Source of the DNA: Acidobacteriota bacterium
GTDB lineage: Bacteria; Acidobacteriota; UBA6911; JACQSX01
DNA length: 33,986 nucleotides
Assembly (NCBI GenBank): GCA_036507075.1
Contig: DASXQR010000053.1
Span: 1-33,986, forward strand
Direction: 5' to 3'
Of this stretch, positions 8,501 through 17,693 are shown piece after piece. Each line of letters begins with the position of its first letter. Positions within the stretch are counted from its first letter, which is position 1. The notes under the pieces are model-generated. The model did no database searches. It was not told where the DNA came from and saw only the letters and a program-made list of their open reading frames with translations. Made by a program: the position numbers and the translations under genes.

Positions 8501-9538
8501 TCAAGGATTCACGAATATTCGCACCGTCCGGGAGACCGGCACACCGCCGGCTTCAGCTTTCACGCGCAGTTGGTGCTCTCCGGCTGAAACATCGGCCATT
8601 TCGCATTCTCCCTCAAAGCCGCTTCGATGAGCGAATCGGTACTCGGGAAATGCGCGCCACACGTCCAATCGCGGCAAAGAATGTCGCAGTTTTGACTCAC
8701 GGCAATTGTCGATGCGCGCCGAGACGAATTGCAGCGGAAAGTCGCCGACCACCCATCCACTCACCCGGATCGTCGATCCGCTCAGGGAAGCCCCTTCACC
8801 GGGCGCGTCGACGTGCATCCGCGCGCCGCGGTCAATCGATGGCTGCGCAGCAGCCGGAAGCTTTCTGGCGAGTACCACATAATTTGAAGGCAGCAGCGAG
8901 TCTGATGCGGGCAGCAGCCGCAACAACAGCCGTGAATTTGTTATCCGAAACAACAGTTTCTTCCAGGATTCACTGCGTGAATTCCGATTAATGAAAAGAT
9001 TGAACGTTTGCGCCAGACACTGTGCCGTGCTGGTGGACGGCTCCAAATAAACCAGATCCATTTCAGAGAACAGCAGTCTTAGCGCCTGGCTGCTGAAGCG
9101 CCAGTAATCCGCCGGAAAATTGTGTACTTCCCACACAAACGGGCACGAGACGAGCAGGTAACCGCGGTCGCTCAATACCCTTTGCAGCTCGCGCGCTGCG
9201 CCGCAGGGATCCGTGACGTGCTCCAGTACCTGGTTTGAAAGAACAACGTCAAAGCTGCCGTCGAAAAAAGGGAGCTGCGCCGCTTCGGCTTGTGCCGACA
9301 GATTTGGCACGGCCAGCGAATCGACCGCCACGTAATCAAACTCCGATTTCGAGAAGAGGCTTCGATAGGGCGCCGAGCCTGCGCCGGCATCGAGCACCCG
9401 GATGGGCGGCTTCCAATGCGACCTTTCCGCGATGGACGCTATCTCGGCGACTTTGCGGAGCAGGTGATCGAGAGTATAAAACTCCGGCAGGGCGCGTGAC
9501 GGATTTAACCTGCGTCCGATGTAGTCATCATTGCTCAT
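8501..9538 (-). CDS. Class I SAM-dependent methyltransferase with C-terminal Ig-like domain
   Basis: VLDAGAG motif I; LPFFDGSFDVVLSNQVLEHV; H..PADYWRF; C-terminal DAP..GA.LSG.IRVSGW domain. Confidence 0.85.
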   Translation of the reverse strand: MSNDDYIGRRLNPSRALPEFYTLDHLLRKVAEIASIAERSHWKPPIRVLDAGAGSAPYRSLFSKSEFDYVAVDSLAVPNLSAQAEAAQLPFFDGSFDVVLSNQVLEHVTDPCGAARELQRVLSDRGYLLVSCPFVWEVHNFPADYWRFSSQALRLLFSEMDLVYLEPSTSTAQCLAQTFNLFINRNSRSESWKKLLFRITNSRLLLRLLPASDSLLPSNYVVLARKLPAAAQPSIDRGARMHVDAPGEGASLSGSTIRVSGWVVGDFPLQFVSARIDNCRESKLRHSLPRLDVWRAFPEYRFAHRSGFEGECEMADVSAGEHQLRVKAEAGGVPVSRTVRIFVNP

Positions 9539-10482
9539 TTGTTTTCCTGCTCCGCTCTTCTAGCTACCCTCTGTGATTCATCGGGCTCTCGATAAAACCA
9601 TTCCAGTGAATCCCAAAGAGTCCAGTGGCCGGGTGCGGATATTATCTGTTCTTCTAAAATGCCGACCAGCTTCTGCATGATTTGTTGCGAAGTCATCCCG
9701 GGCGAAAGCTTCACCTCCCGGATACGGATGGATTGATACGGTCGGTGCGGGGATCGCAGAATCAGCGACTGAAACACCTGGGCGCCCGTCTCCTGATGCA
9801 GTCGTGCGATCCCGTCCGGGAAATACGCGTCGCGTCCCAGAAACTGCACGCCGGCTACCGACCGGACGATTTGAGGCGTCACGTCGAAGGGAACCATCAG
9901 CAGCTCGCCGTTACGCAGTAGATCGCGCATTTTGGGAAAGTTGCCCTGGCCCGTCAGCAGGAATGGGTGGCCCGCGGCCGCTTCAATGTCCGCGAATCGA
10001 TTCATTCCCCATTTAACGTGCGCCGGATGCAATTGATCCTGGTCACGATTGAGGGGACGAACGACCACGTGAAATTTGAGTCCCTTTCTGCCCAGCGCGA
10101 CAAACATGATTCCGGGGCTTCCCCAGTGGGCCAGAAAGATCAACACGCCGCGGTTGGCGCGCGCGGCCTGCCGCAGTTCTTCCAGACCCTCAATGGACGT
10201 CACGCGCTCAAAGAATTCCGGGTTCTTCCTGAACCAGGACGATTCCATCTCGTCCACCGACGCCGTCTGAAACTGGCGGAGCGCGACGATTTTCACCTGC
10301 CGGGGCGCGAATGTGGAGAAAGCGCCGGCAATGTTGCGAATGGCGGCGGACCGCGACTCGCTTCGGGCGAAATAACGCCAGCTTCCGCGCCATTCCGCCA
10401 GGCGATAGGCCAGCGGCGGCGGAAATCGGGCAATCATCGGAAGAAGGACCTGGTAATCCAGGTATTTGAGAGGATCCTTCAC
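9535..10482 (-). CDS. Lysophospholipid/lipid A late-acyltransferase (LpxL-like) family protein
   Basis: EGLEEL..A....RGVLIFLAHWGS, LRNGELL..PFD, V.FLGR.AYFP.G.ARL...TGA, LE..I...PGHW.LW; GTG start overlaps the upstream stop. Confidence 0.8.
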   Translation of the reverse strand: MKDPLKYLDYQVLLPMIARFPPPLAYRLAEWRGSWRYFARSESRSAAIRNIAGAFSTFAPRQVKIVALRQFQTASVDEMESSWFRKNPEFFERVTSIEGLEELRQAARANRGVLIFLAHWGSPGIMFVALGRKGLKFHVVVRPLNRDQDQLHPAHVKWGMNRFADIEAAAGHPFLLTGQGNFPKMRDLLRNGELLMVPFDVTPQIVRSVAGVQFLGRDAYFPDGIARLHQETGAQVFQSLILRSPHRPYQSIRIREVKLSPGMTSQQIMQKLVGILEEQIISAPGHWTLWDSLEWFYREPDESQRVARRAEQENK

Positions 10483-11936
10483 TTGAAATAGATGCGGTTT
10501 TTTTCAAAATCGATACTAACGATGTATTGCTTTATCAGGGGCGCCGAAAGGATGGCATCAATCCGCACGGCAAGAGGAGTCTGCTGCAACCGGCGCTGAA
10601 GAGGTTCAATGGCCACCGGCAGATCCTTCAACTCCTGCCGGCCGAATTTCAGAGACTTGACCGACAACTCCAATGCGCCCGTTTTTGCCGGCGCCCCTTT
10701 TCTTGTTAACTTGCCCGCGTCTCCGCGCCCGCCTTTCTTCCCGAGAGGAGCCGACAACTTATCGGCCCAACTGGTATCCAGCTTGAGTGATGGCAGCGCC
10801 AGACCGGTGTCCAGCAGCAGGTTGGCGCGCTGGTTGTGAATCAGGGCGGGAATGATCAACTGATCCGCCACGTAGCGAAATGACACGCAATCGCCCGCGG
10901 TCGTTTCCGGCGCTCGCGGAAGGAGTTGCATCGCCCGTTTAGGAAAGTCGAACACCACGAAGAACTGCCGCATCAAGGGGAGCCCGAAAAGAGCTTCATA
11001 TTGCATGCCGGCCGATTCCCGCGGCACAAATCCGACGGGAACATTTTGTATGCTCCAGTTGGCCAGCTCCAGTTGTGATTCCCATCCATAGTGAAAATCG
11101 ACATTCGAGTTTGGATCCAGGGCCATGGCCATGGCGCAACTGCCCTGATAGGATTGTTCTGTCTTCAAAAACGTCAATGAAGTTCCCGTGTCAAATAAGA
11201 CAAATACCGGTTTCTGACCGGCGCGAATGGCCATCACAGTGCGCGGCGGAATCGAGCCATCCGACAGCAGCGGGACCACTGCGCTTCCGCCCTGGTCGCG
11301 CTTGTCATAAGGTTGAGCGGGTGCGGCATTCAAAGAGGCGGCAATACATCTCAGAACCGGGCGGCTCAAGGGAGCCTCCGGGGCGATGGCTTCAATTACT
11401 GATGCTGCGTCCCGATGGCGTTTCAAATGCTGCAGCACATAGCTCAAATGCAATCCAGCCTCGAAAAAAAAGGGGCCGAGCAGAGAACGGCGGTCAAAAG
11501 CGGATCGCGCGTCTTTCTCGGCCTCTTCAAAACGCCCCTGGCTGGCAAGCAGCAGTGATCGCAGCAGGGCCGCGTCCGCAGAGCCGCGGCTGATTCTGGA
11601 AACCGTGGCCTCGGCGTTTTCAAAATCGCCGGCGCGGTAGTGGGCAAGGCCGCGCATAAAAAGTTCACGGTCGCGAGGCAAAACCGGTTTGGTGCTTTTC
11701 AGTAACTCAAACAGTTTCTCGGGTCGCGAACTCCTGATCATTTCAGCCAGTGATAGCTGCGCATCGTCGGCGTCGTTTAGCCGGGAGGAGCCGGCTTCCG
11801 GGGCGCTCCGGCCAACCTGGAGCGCATTGGCGGGCAACGATAGGACTTTGGTTACGGCGGGCGACAAAAAAAATAAAATAAGAAGGGCCGAAAAGAAGTG
11901 CTGAGTTTTTATAGGTTTCAACTTCTGATTCTTCAT
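10479..11936 (-). CDS. Secreted TPR-containing aspartyl protease with two retropepsin-like lobes
   Basis: Signal peptide; TPR-like helices; FDTGTS..LFGLP..FDF and LDTGLA..ILS..IDF lobes. Confidence 0.75.
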   Translation of the reverse strand: MKNQKLKPIKTQHFFSALLILFFLSPAVTKVLSLPANALQVGRSAPEAGSSRLNDADDAQLSLAEMIRSSRPEKLFELLKSTKPVLPRDRELFMRGLAHYRAGDFENAEATVSRISRGSADAALLRSLLLASQGRFEEAEKDARSAFDRRSLLGPFFFEAGLHLSYVLQHLKRHRDAASVIEAIAPEAPLSRPVLRCIAASLNAAPAQPYDKRDQGGSAVVPLLSDGSIPPRTVMAIRAGQKPVFVLFDTGTSLTFLKTEQSYQGSCAMAMALDPNSNVDFHYGWESQLELANWSIQNVPVGFVPRESAGMQYEALFGLPLMRQFFVVFDFPKRAMQLLPRAPETTAGDCVSFRYVADQLIIPALIHNQRANLLLDTGLALPSLKLDTSWADKLSAPLGKKGGRGDAGKLTRKGAPAKTGALELSVKSLKFGRQELKDLPVAIEPLQRRLQQTPLAVRIDAILSAPLIKQYIVSIDFEKNRIYFK

Positions 11937-11947
11937 TTTGATTAATT

Positions 11948-12040
11948 AATACTTCGGAGCCCGGTAGGGTTTGTATCCTAGTGAAGAAGCGCCTTCACCA
12001 CTGGGACAAGCCCGGTGGCGTCGATTTTTTCGCACGTTCT
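11948..12040. mobile_element. Right half of a MITE-like element carrying a GCCACCGGGCTTGTCCC.GTGG hairpin
   Basis: Reverse complement agaacgtgcgaaaaaatcgacgccaccgggcttgtcccagtggtga..ttcttcactag matches 33862-33924; aatacttc..gtagggtttg..cctagtgaa matches 33939-33979. Confidence 0.75.
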
Positions 12041-12110
12041 TACGCGGCCGGATTTCGACATAGACATCTCGAAAACCCAAGCCGGCTCTGGAAAACCAAG
12101 CATTCATTTT

Positions 12111-13766
12111 ATGACATGGGACGTGGTAATCAAAGACGCCGCCATTCTGGACGGCACCGGCAGAGCCGCCTTTCAAGGCGATATCCGCATCAGCGGCGAT
12201 AGAATCGATTCGATCTCAAAAACCGTGACGCCTGCTTCCGCGGTCACTGTCAACGCGGCAGGGAAGTATGTGGCTCCAGGTTTCATCGATATCCACACGC
12301 ATGCCGATTTGATCCACCCGCTGGAACATGAAACCCAGTTTCGCCTGCTCGAGTGCAAGCTGCGCCAGGGGATCACCACAGAGATCACCGGCAATTGCGG
12401 CCTGGGTATCTTCCCGTTGGAAGCTCATTCGGAACCGCTGATTCGGGGAATCCTTGCCTGGATGACTCCTTGCGAATATTCCTGGCCGTGGCATTCGACG
12501 GCCGGGTACCTGCAGAATTTAGAGCAGCGCGGAACGCTGCTCAACATCGGAGTCCTGCAGCCTCATGGCCCTCTGCGCCTGGCCGCGATGGGTCTGACTC
12601 ACGGCTCCGCGGATGCCGCGGCTCTTGGCAAAATGATTTCAGCGCTGGAGCGATCGTTCGACGAGGGGGCGTTCGGGCTTTCCACGGGATTGATCTATCC
12701 TCCGGGAATGTTCACGCCCACCGCGGAGTTGGAAGCGCTGGCGAAAGTGGCAGCGGCGAACGATGCGATTGTTACCAATCACATCCGCGGGTCGAGCGAA
12801 ACACTGCTGGATGCGGTAGCCGAAATTCTGTCACTGGCCGACGCCACGGGCGCCCACATTCATCACTCGCACAACGAAGCGGTCGGCCGGCGCCACTGGT
12901 GGAAAATTCACCGCGTGCTGGACATGGAAGCGGAGGCGAATCGAAAAGGCAACCGCGTCACGTTCGATATGTTCCCCTATTTCGGCGCCGCGACCATGAT
13001 GCTGGCGATTTATCCTCCCTGGTCACTGGAAGGCGGGCTCTCGCAATTGCTGCTGCGGTTGCAGGACCCCGCCGTCCGGTCACGAATTCGAAATGACGTG
13101 GAGAACGTCGTGCCGCAGTGGCCCCCGTGGACAAAAGATGGCTGGCCTCACAACCTTGTGCGCGCCACCGGTTGGGATCAGATTTACATCGGCAGCATTG
13201 ATGATCGCTCGCTTTCCCGCTTTGAGGGAATGAGCCTTCAGACACTGGGCAGGGAGCTCGGAAAAGATCCGTTCGATGCAATTTCCGACCTGATGATCGA
13301 AGCCAGGGGCCAGATCTCCCAGATAATTTTCGAAATTTCAGGAGCCGAAGGGGAAGAAAGTCACATGGAAGAACTGGTACGTCATCCGCTCGGCGCATTC
13401 GCAACCGATGCCAATGACTACGGCAAGGGAAAGCCCCATCCAGCCTCGTATGGAGGGTTCGCTCGAATCCTGCAGCGCTTTGTACGCGAGCGCGGCGTCC
13501 TCACTCTGGAGGAAGCGATTCGAAAAATGACCTCCTATCCTGCCGACTTAATGAAAATCCGCAACAGAGGTCGGATAGCCGCGGGTTACTTTGCCGATCT
13601 GGTCTTATTTGAGCCAGACAAAGTAGTCGCGCCCGCAGACTTTTCCGATCCACGACGATTCTCAAGCGGTATTACGGATGTTTGGATCAACGGCAAAGCC
13701 GTATTGCGCGAAGGCCGCTATCAACCTGTGCCGGCCGGTCGTGTGCTCCGCAGCAGGAAATGGTAA
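12111..13766 (+). CDS. N-acyl-D-amino-acid deacylase (D-aminoacylase, amidohydrolase superfamily)
   Basis: APGFIDIHTHAD, QGITTEITGNCG, GLSTGLIYPPG, HIRG, PHPASYGGF and EEAIRKMTS motifs; ATG at 12111. Confidence 0.9.
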   Translation: MTWDVVIKDAAILDGTGRAAFQGDIRISGDRIDSISKTVTPASAVTVNAAGKYVAPGFIDIHTHADLIHPLEHETQFRLLECKLRQGITTEITGNCGLGIFPLEAHSEPLIRGILAWMTPCEYSWPWHSTAGYLQNLEQRGTLLNIGVLQPHGPLRLAAMGLTHGSADAAALGKMISALERSFDEGAFGLSTGLIYPPGMFTPTAELEALAKVAAANDAIVTNHIRGSSETLLDAVAEILSLADATGAHIHHSHNEAVGRRHWWKIHRVLDMEAEANRKGNRVTFDMFPYFGAATMMLAIYPPWSLEGGLSQLLLRLQDPAVRSRIRNDVENVVPQWPPWTKDGWPHNLVRATGWDQIYIGSIDDRSLSRFEGMSLQTLGRELGKDPFDAISDLMIEARGQISQIIFEISGAEGEESHMEELVRHPLGAFATDANDYGKGKPHPASYGGFARILQRFVRERGVLTLEEAIRKMTSYPADLMKIRNRGRIAAGYFADLVLFEPDKVVAPADFSDPRRFSSGITDVWINGKAVLREGRYQPVPAGRVLRSRKW

Positions 13767-13776
13767 AAAGGGATTT

Positions 13777-14341
13777 CACCACAGAGGCGCGGCCCGGCCG
13801 CAGGCCACAACCAAACAAAAAGCCGAAAACGGTCACGTGCCTACAGTGGCCGTAAGGCCACAACCAAAAAGGAGACTCAGAGCATTGAATTGCCGGTCTG
13901 GACGCTGAAAGCGTCAAATAGAGTAGCCGGGGGCAAGCGCGTTTTTTGCGCGCCGCCCCAGGTGAGCTTCCCAAACCGGCGCACCCTGAAAGGGTGCCAG
14001 AACCGTTTTCAAGATCGCCGTCACCCCGCCGCTCTTCGACCCTTTCAGGGTCGCTCCTGATTGGGGGACGCGGCCGGGGGAGGCGCATTATAAACACCAG
14101 CCCCGAAGGGGCGGGAGAAGATGTGACCACGGTCTGTCGCCCTTTCAGGGCTTGCCCAAAATGGGGCCGGGCTGGCCGCCCGGGTAACCCCGGGTTCCGC
14201 TTCGCTCCACCCGGGGCTACAAATCTTGCGCCGCTTCGCGGCCCTATAAGGAATTTGTTTTCTTAGCAAGATTCTCTAACTAATGACTAATGACTGATGA
14301 CGCGTTTGGTTGCGGCTCTGCCGCGCTGCGCCTCTGTGGTG
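13777..14341. mobile_element. Composite nested non-coding element: outer inverted ends, inner IS200/IS605- or REP-like hairpin cluster
   Basis: Outer caccacagaggcgc (13777) / gcgcctctgtggtg (14328-14341); gccacaaccaaa x2 vs tttggttgcggc (14305); inner hairpins gacgctgaaagcgtc, gcaccctgaaagggtgc, cgaccctttcagggtcg, gccccgaaggggc, gccctttcagggc; ctaatga 7-mers near 14280-14300. Confidence 0.7.
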
Positions 14342-14448
14342 GAGTCGTTTCTTGATAGCGGCACAAAACTAGCCACTCCTCGCTTTCGCGCCTTCGCGGT
14401 TCCAGGTTTTCTGACGTGGTACTATCTATCCAAAATGCTGGAGGAAAA

Positions 14449-15057
14449 ATGCGTAAAGGTCTGGTAGTGCTGATCGCGACAGCCGCGGTGCTGCTGCTGG
14501 TTGGATTAAGCATTTTCGGCTGGTATTTCGGAGTGAAGAATTCCCTTGTCGCCCTGGACGAGAACTTAAACAGCGCCTGGTCTCAGGTGCAGAACGTATA
14601 CCAGCGCCGGGCCGACCTGATTCCCAATCTGGTGCGCACCGTCAAGGGTTATGCGGCTCACGAACAGGACACGCTGGTTCAGGTCACCGAGGCGCGATCC
14701 AAAGTCAACAACATCAATCTCGGAAATGCGGTTAATGATCCTTCCAAGATGCAGCAGTTCGAGAAGGCACAGGGTGAATTGAGTTCCGCGCTCAGCCGGC
14801 TGATGGTGGTGGTTGAGAAATACCCGGACCTCAAAGCCAATGAGAATTTCCGGGATCTTCAGGTTCAACTTGAGGGAACAGAAAACCGGATTGCGGTGGA
14901 ACGCAAGCGCTACAACGATGCCGCACGAGAGTTCAATACACGCATTCGACAGTTCCCTTCGAGCATCGTCGCCCGCATGGCCGGATTTCAACCGAAGGCC
15001 TATTTTCAGGCGCAGCCGGGGGCAGAACGGGCGCCTGAAGTTGACTTCAGCAGGTAA
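14449..15057 (+). CDS. lemA: LemA family protein
   Basis: N-terminal TM; AWSQVQNVYQRRADLIPNLV, EKYPDLKANENF and LEGTENRIAVER; RBS ggagg before ATG at 14449. Confidence 0.95.
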   Translation: MRKGLVVLIATAAVLLLVGLSIFGWYFGVKNSLVALDENLNSAWSQVQNVYQRRADLIPNLVRTVKGYAAHEQDTLVQVTEARSKVNNINLGNAVNDPSKMQQFEKAQGELSSALSRLMVVVEKYPDLKANENFRDLQVQLEGTENRIAVERKRYNDAAREFNTRIRQFPSSIVARMAGFQPKAYFQAQPGAERAPEVDFSR

Positions 15058-15125
15058 GACATCAGGCCGAGTTCCGGGCCGGGAAAACGATTGATTTGAC
15101 CGTTTCCAACATTCCTCGACGTTGC

Positions 15126-16022
15126 ATGCGCCCTTACCGAACATTGACCTTCTCTGGGGCCGCGCTGTTGCTGATCGGATCGGCGCTCGTGTATGGCCTG
15201 CAGATACCGCCGGCGCCCACGTCCTATGTCAATGATTACGCGGGACTGCTGCCAGGCGAAGAGGGCGATCATTTAAATGCCAAGCTGGCGGCTTTCGAAA
15301 AGGCTACCGGCGGCCAAATCGTTTTTGCCATTTTTCCTTCCTTGGAGGGAGAGAGCCTTGAAGACTTTTCCATCCGGCTGGCCGAGCAGTGGAAGCTTGG
15401 AAAGAAGGGCAAGGATAACGGAGTTCTTTTGACGCTCTTCATGAAGGAGCGGCGGGTCCGGATCGAAGTAGGTTACGGGCTGGAAGAAAAAATTCCTGAC
15501 GCAATGGCGGGCAGAATCATCCGGGAAATGGCTGTTTATTTCCGGCGCAACGATTATTCGGGCGGATTGAACCAGGCTGCTGACCGTCTGATCACGCTGG
15601 CCGGCGGCGGCAGCGTTCCTGAGGTGGCGCCGCCAAAGACGGTGCCGGTGAAACTCGGTGAAGTGCTCTGGTGGATTTTCCTATGGCTGTTGGGGCTCTT
15701 TTTACTGCTGCGACCGGTGATGCCTCGGAAGCCCACCACGGGCTTCCGCATTGACCGGGACGGCCGGCGCATGAACACCATCCCCTGGTGGCATTGGCGC
15801 GCGTTCCAGGAAATTCTGGTCGAGCTCCGTGACGCGGCAAGCTCCCGGAGGCGGGAATATGGGAAGTTTCAGCAGTTGTTTTCCGACAGCCACAACGGGT
15901 GGGGTAGGTCAAGCGGAGGATTTGGCGGCGGATCGGGGGGCGGAGGGGGCGATGGAGGCGGCGGATGGGGCTTCGGCGGCGGAGGGGGCTTCGGCGGCGG
16001 AGGATCGAGCGGCAGTTGGTAG
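15126..16022 (+). CDS. TPM-domain protein with TM helix and Gly-rich tail (YgcG-like)
   Basis: YVNDYAGLL, WKLGKKGKDNGVLL, RIEVGYGLE, GGGGFGGGGSSGSW tail. Confidence 0.9.
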   Translation: MRPYRTLTFSGAALLLIGSALVYGLQIPPAPTSYVNDYAGLLPGEEGDHLNAKLAAFEKATGGQIVFAIFPSLEGESLEDFSIRLAEQWKLGKKGKDNGVLLTLFMKERRVRIEVGYGLEEKIPDAMAGRIIREMAVYFRRNDYSGGLNQAADRLITLAGGGSVPEVAPPKTVPVKLGEVLWWIFLWLLGLFLLLRPVMPRKPTTGFRIDRDGRRMNTIPWWHWRAFQEILVELRDAASSRRREYGKFQQLFSDSHNGWGRSSGGFGGGSGGGGGDGGGGWGFGGGGGFGGGGSSGSW

Positions 16023-16118
16023 AAGAGAAGGGGAATGAAGGGTTTTGAAGAATTGGAAGATTCAGAATCGAAAATTCTTAGGTTTCCTAATCTGTAATTT
16101 TCGAATCTTACTGCGCCC

Positions 16119-16571
16119 ATGAATAAAATCGAAAAGCTCGCAGCAGAGATTTTTTCAGAGCAGGACTTGCAGGAACTGCACCAGGCCATTGTCCGGGCGG
16201 AGCAAAAAACCAGCGGTGAGATCAAATTGGACTTTGAATACGACGTGCAGCACGATCCCCTCACGCACGCCGCGCGCATTTTCCAGGCGCTCGGTTTGTC
16301 CAGGACGGCGGAAAGGAACGCCACACTGATTGTCCTGTTCCTGAAAGACCGTAGATTTGCAATCCTGGGCGACGAGGGAATTCATAAGCGCGTTCCTCCA
16401 TACTTCTGGGATTCGGTGCGGGCAAAAATGGAGGAACAGTTTCGAATTGGTAATTTCAAACAGGGTCTGATCGTCGGCATCGAAGAACTGGCGCAGAAGC
16501 TGGCGGCGTTTTTCCCCCGCGCCAGGGAGGATCGAAATGAAATCAGCGATCAGATTACCTTTGAGCAATAA
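16119..16571 (+). CDS. Small TPM-domain protein
   Basis: AIVRAEQKTSGEI, T.ERNATLI, FAILGDEGIH, FP...DRNEISD; usual third gene of the lemA-TPM-TPM cluster. Confidence 0.9.
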   Translation: MNKIEKLAAEIFSEQDLQELHQAIVRAEQKTSGEIKLDFEYDVQHDPLTHAARIFQALGLSRTAERNATLIVLFLKDRRFAILGDEGIHKRVPPYFWDSVRAKMEEQFRIGNFKQGLIVGIEELAQKLAAFFPRAREDRNEISDQITFEQ

Positions 16572-16636
16572 AAATCTGCGTATTTTGCGCAATCGCGGTC
16601 CTTCACACTGAAACTTTTGCCCCAATCTTCGTTGTT

Positions 16637-16692
16637 CGGCCTCCTGTTTGCAATGACTTAACGACACACTGAGCGTTGGCCCCCTGCTTGCA
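16637..16692 (+). promoter_or_regulatory. Two tandem sigma54-type -24/-12 motifs
   Basis: CGGCCTCCTGTTTGCA (GG 16638, GC 16650) and TGGCCCCCTGCTTGCA (GG 16678, GC 16690), both GG-N10-GC, 40 bp apart. Confidence 0.5.
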
Positions 16693-16739
16693 GTTTTCCT
16701 TTCGCGCCCGCCCTGGATCGAGGCTGCTTAGGGGGAAAA

Positions 16740-16868
16740 ATGCTATACGTTCAGAATCCAAGGGAGCGCGAGCAACACCCGATCATCCCGGAGTTCCTCA
16801 AACCCAGCCTCTACATGCTGGCCGCCGTAGTAGGCAGCGTGTTGCTGGGCCACCTGCTGGGAGTCTAG
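16740..16868 (+). CDS. 42-aa small membrane protein
   Basis: aggggg-aaaa-ATG; MLYVQNPREREQHPIIPEFLKPSLYMLAAVVGSVLLGHLLGV*; one C-terminal hydrophobic helix; below the ORF-track cutoff. Confidence 0.55.
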   Translation: MLYVQNPREREQHPIIPEFLKPSLYMLAAVVGSVLLGHLLGV

Positions 16869-17084
16869 GGATTGAGGGATTGAGGGATTGAGGGATTGAG
16901 GGACTGAGGGACTGAGGGATTGAGGGATTGAGGGACTGAGGGACTGAAGGACATAGTGAGCACAATATCCCTCCATCCCTCCATCCCTCCATCCCTCCAT
17001 CCCTCCATCCCTCCATCCCTCCGTCCCTCCGTCCCTCCGTCCCTCCGTCCCTCCATCCCTCCATCCCTCCGTCCCTCCATCCCT
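16867..17084. repeat. Inverted arrays of 8-bp tandem repeats (GAGGGATT/GAGGGACT vs CCCTCCAT/CCCTCCGT)
   Basis: Left array 16867-16951, short spacer, right array 16967-17084; fills the gap between two convergent stop codons. Confidence 0.95.
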
Positions 17085-17090
17085 ACAGCC

Positions 17091-17444
17091 CTACAGCCCT
17101 GCCAGGTCCTCCTCGGACATGCCGAAATGATGGCCGATCTCGTGCAGCAACGTCGCGCGTATCTGGCGTTCCAACGCCGTTTCATCGTCGCAGATTGATT
17201 CAATGTTTTTCTTGAACAGGAAGATCATGTCGGGCGGAATAAAGGGAATAAAAGTAGACCTTCGCGGCTGTGGAATGCCGTGATACAGCCCCAGCAGCAT
17301 GCCGCGAAACCGCCCCTGCTGTTCGGCGGTCGGCCGGTCCTCGACAATGATCTCTACGTTTTCCAGCTTCTCGCGAAACCGCGGTGGCAGATCATCGATG
17401 GCCCGTCGCACCAGCTCTCTGAAGCGTTCTTCGGTAACTCGCAT
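17091..17444 (-). CDS. Zincin-like metallopeptidase family protein
   Basis: LLGLYHGIP, PPDMIFLF and TLLHEIGHHFG (HExxH). Confidence 0.9.
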   Translation of the reverse strand: MRVTEERFRELVRRAIDDLPPRFREKLENVEIIVEDRPTAEQQGRFRGMLLGLYHGIPQPRRSTFIPFIPPDMIFLFKKNIESICDDETALERQIRATLLHEIGHHFGMSEEDLAGL

Positions 17445-17461
17445 ATCCTAGCCCCAGTATG

Positions 17462-17673
17462 GGGATGGAGGGATGGAGGGATGGAGGGATGGAGGGATGG
17501 AGGGATGGAGAGACGGAGAGACGGAGAGTATCTCGCCCATCGTCCGTTATCTCTCCATCCCTCTATCTCTCCATCCCTCTATCTCTCTATCCCTCTATCT
17601 CTCCATCCCTCTATCTCTCCATCCCTCTATCTCTCCATCCCTCTATCTCTCCCTCCCTCTATCCCTCCATCCC
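17462..17673. repeat. Inverted arrays of 8-bp tandem repeats (GGATGGAG/AGACGGAG vs CTCCATCC/CTCTATCT)
   Basis: Left array 17462-17527; right array about 17549-17673 with alternating 8-mers. Confidence 0.95.
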
Positions 17674-17693
17674 CCACTTCACGAACTTCCCAC

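Noticed and set aside
12015..12110. N-terminal extension of the D-aminoacylase ORF
   Set aside because: Begins inside the MITE-like element; family-like sequence starts at ATG 12111
13687..14269. ORFs across the composite hairpin region as a possible transposase
   Set aside because: No HUH/Y1 or DDE motifs; they are translations of palindromic DNA
15900..16022. GGC/GGA-rich low-complexity tract
   Set aside because: The normal Gly-rich tail of YgcG-like TPM proteins
16867..17673. Possible CRISPR array
   Set aside because: Units are 8 bp and contiguous with no unique spacers; no cas genes in the window
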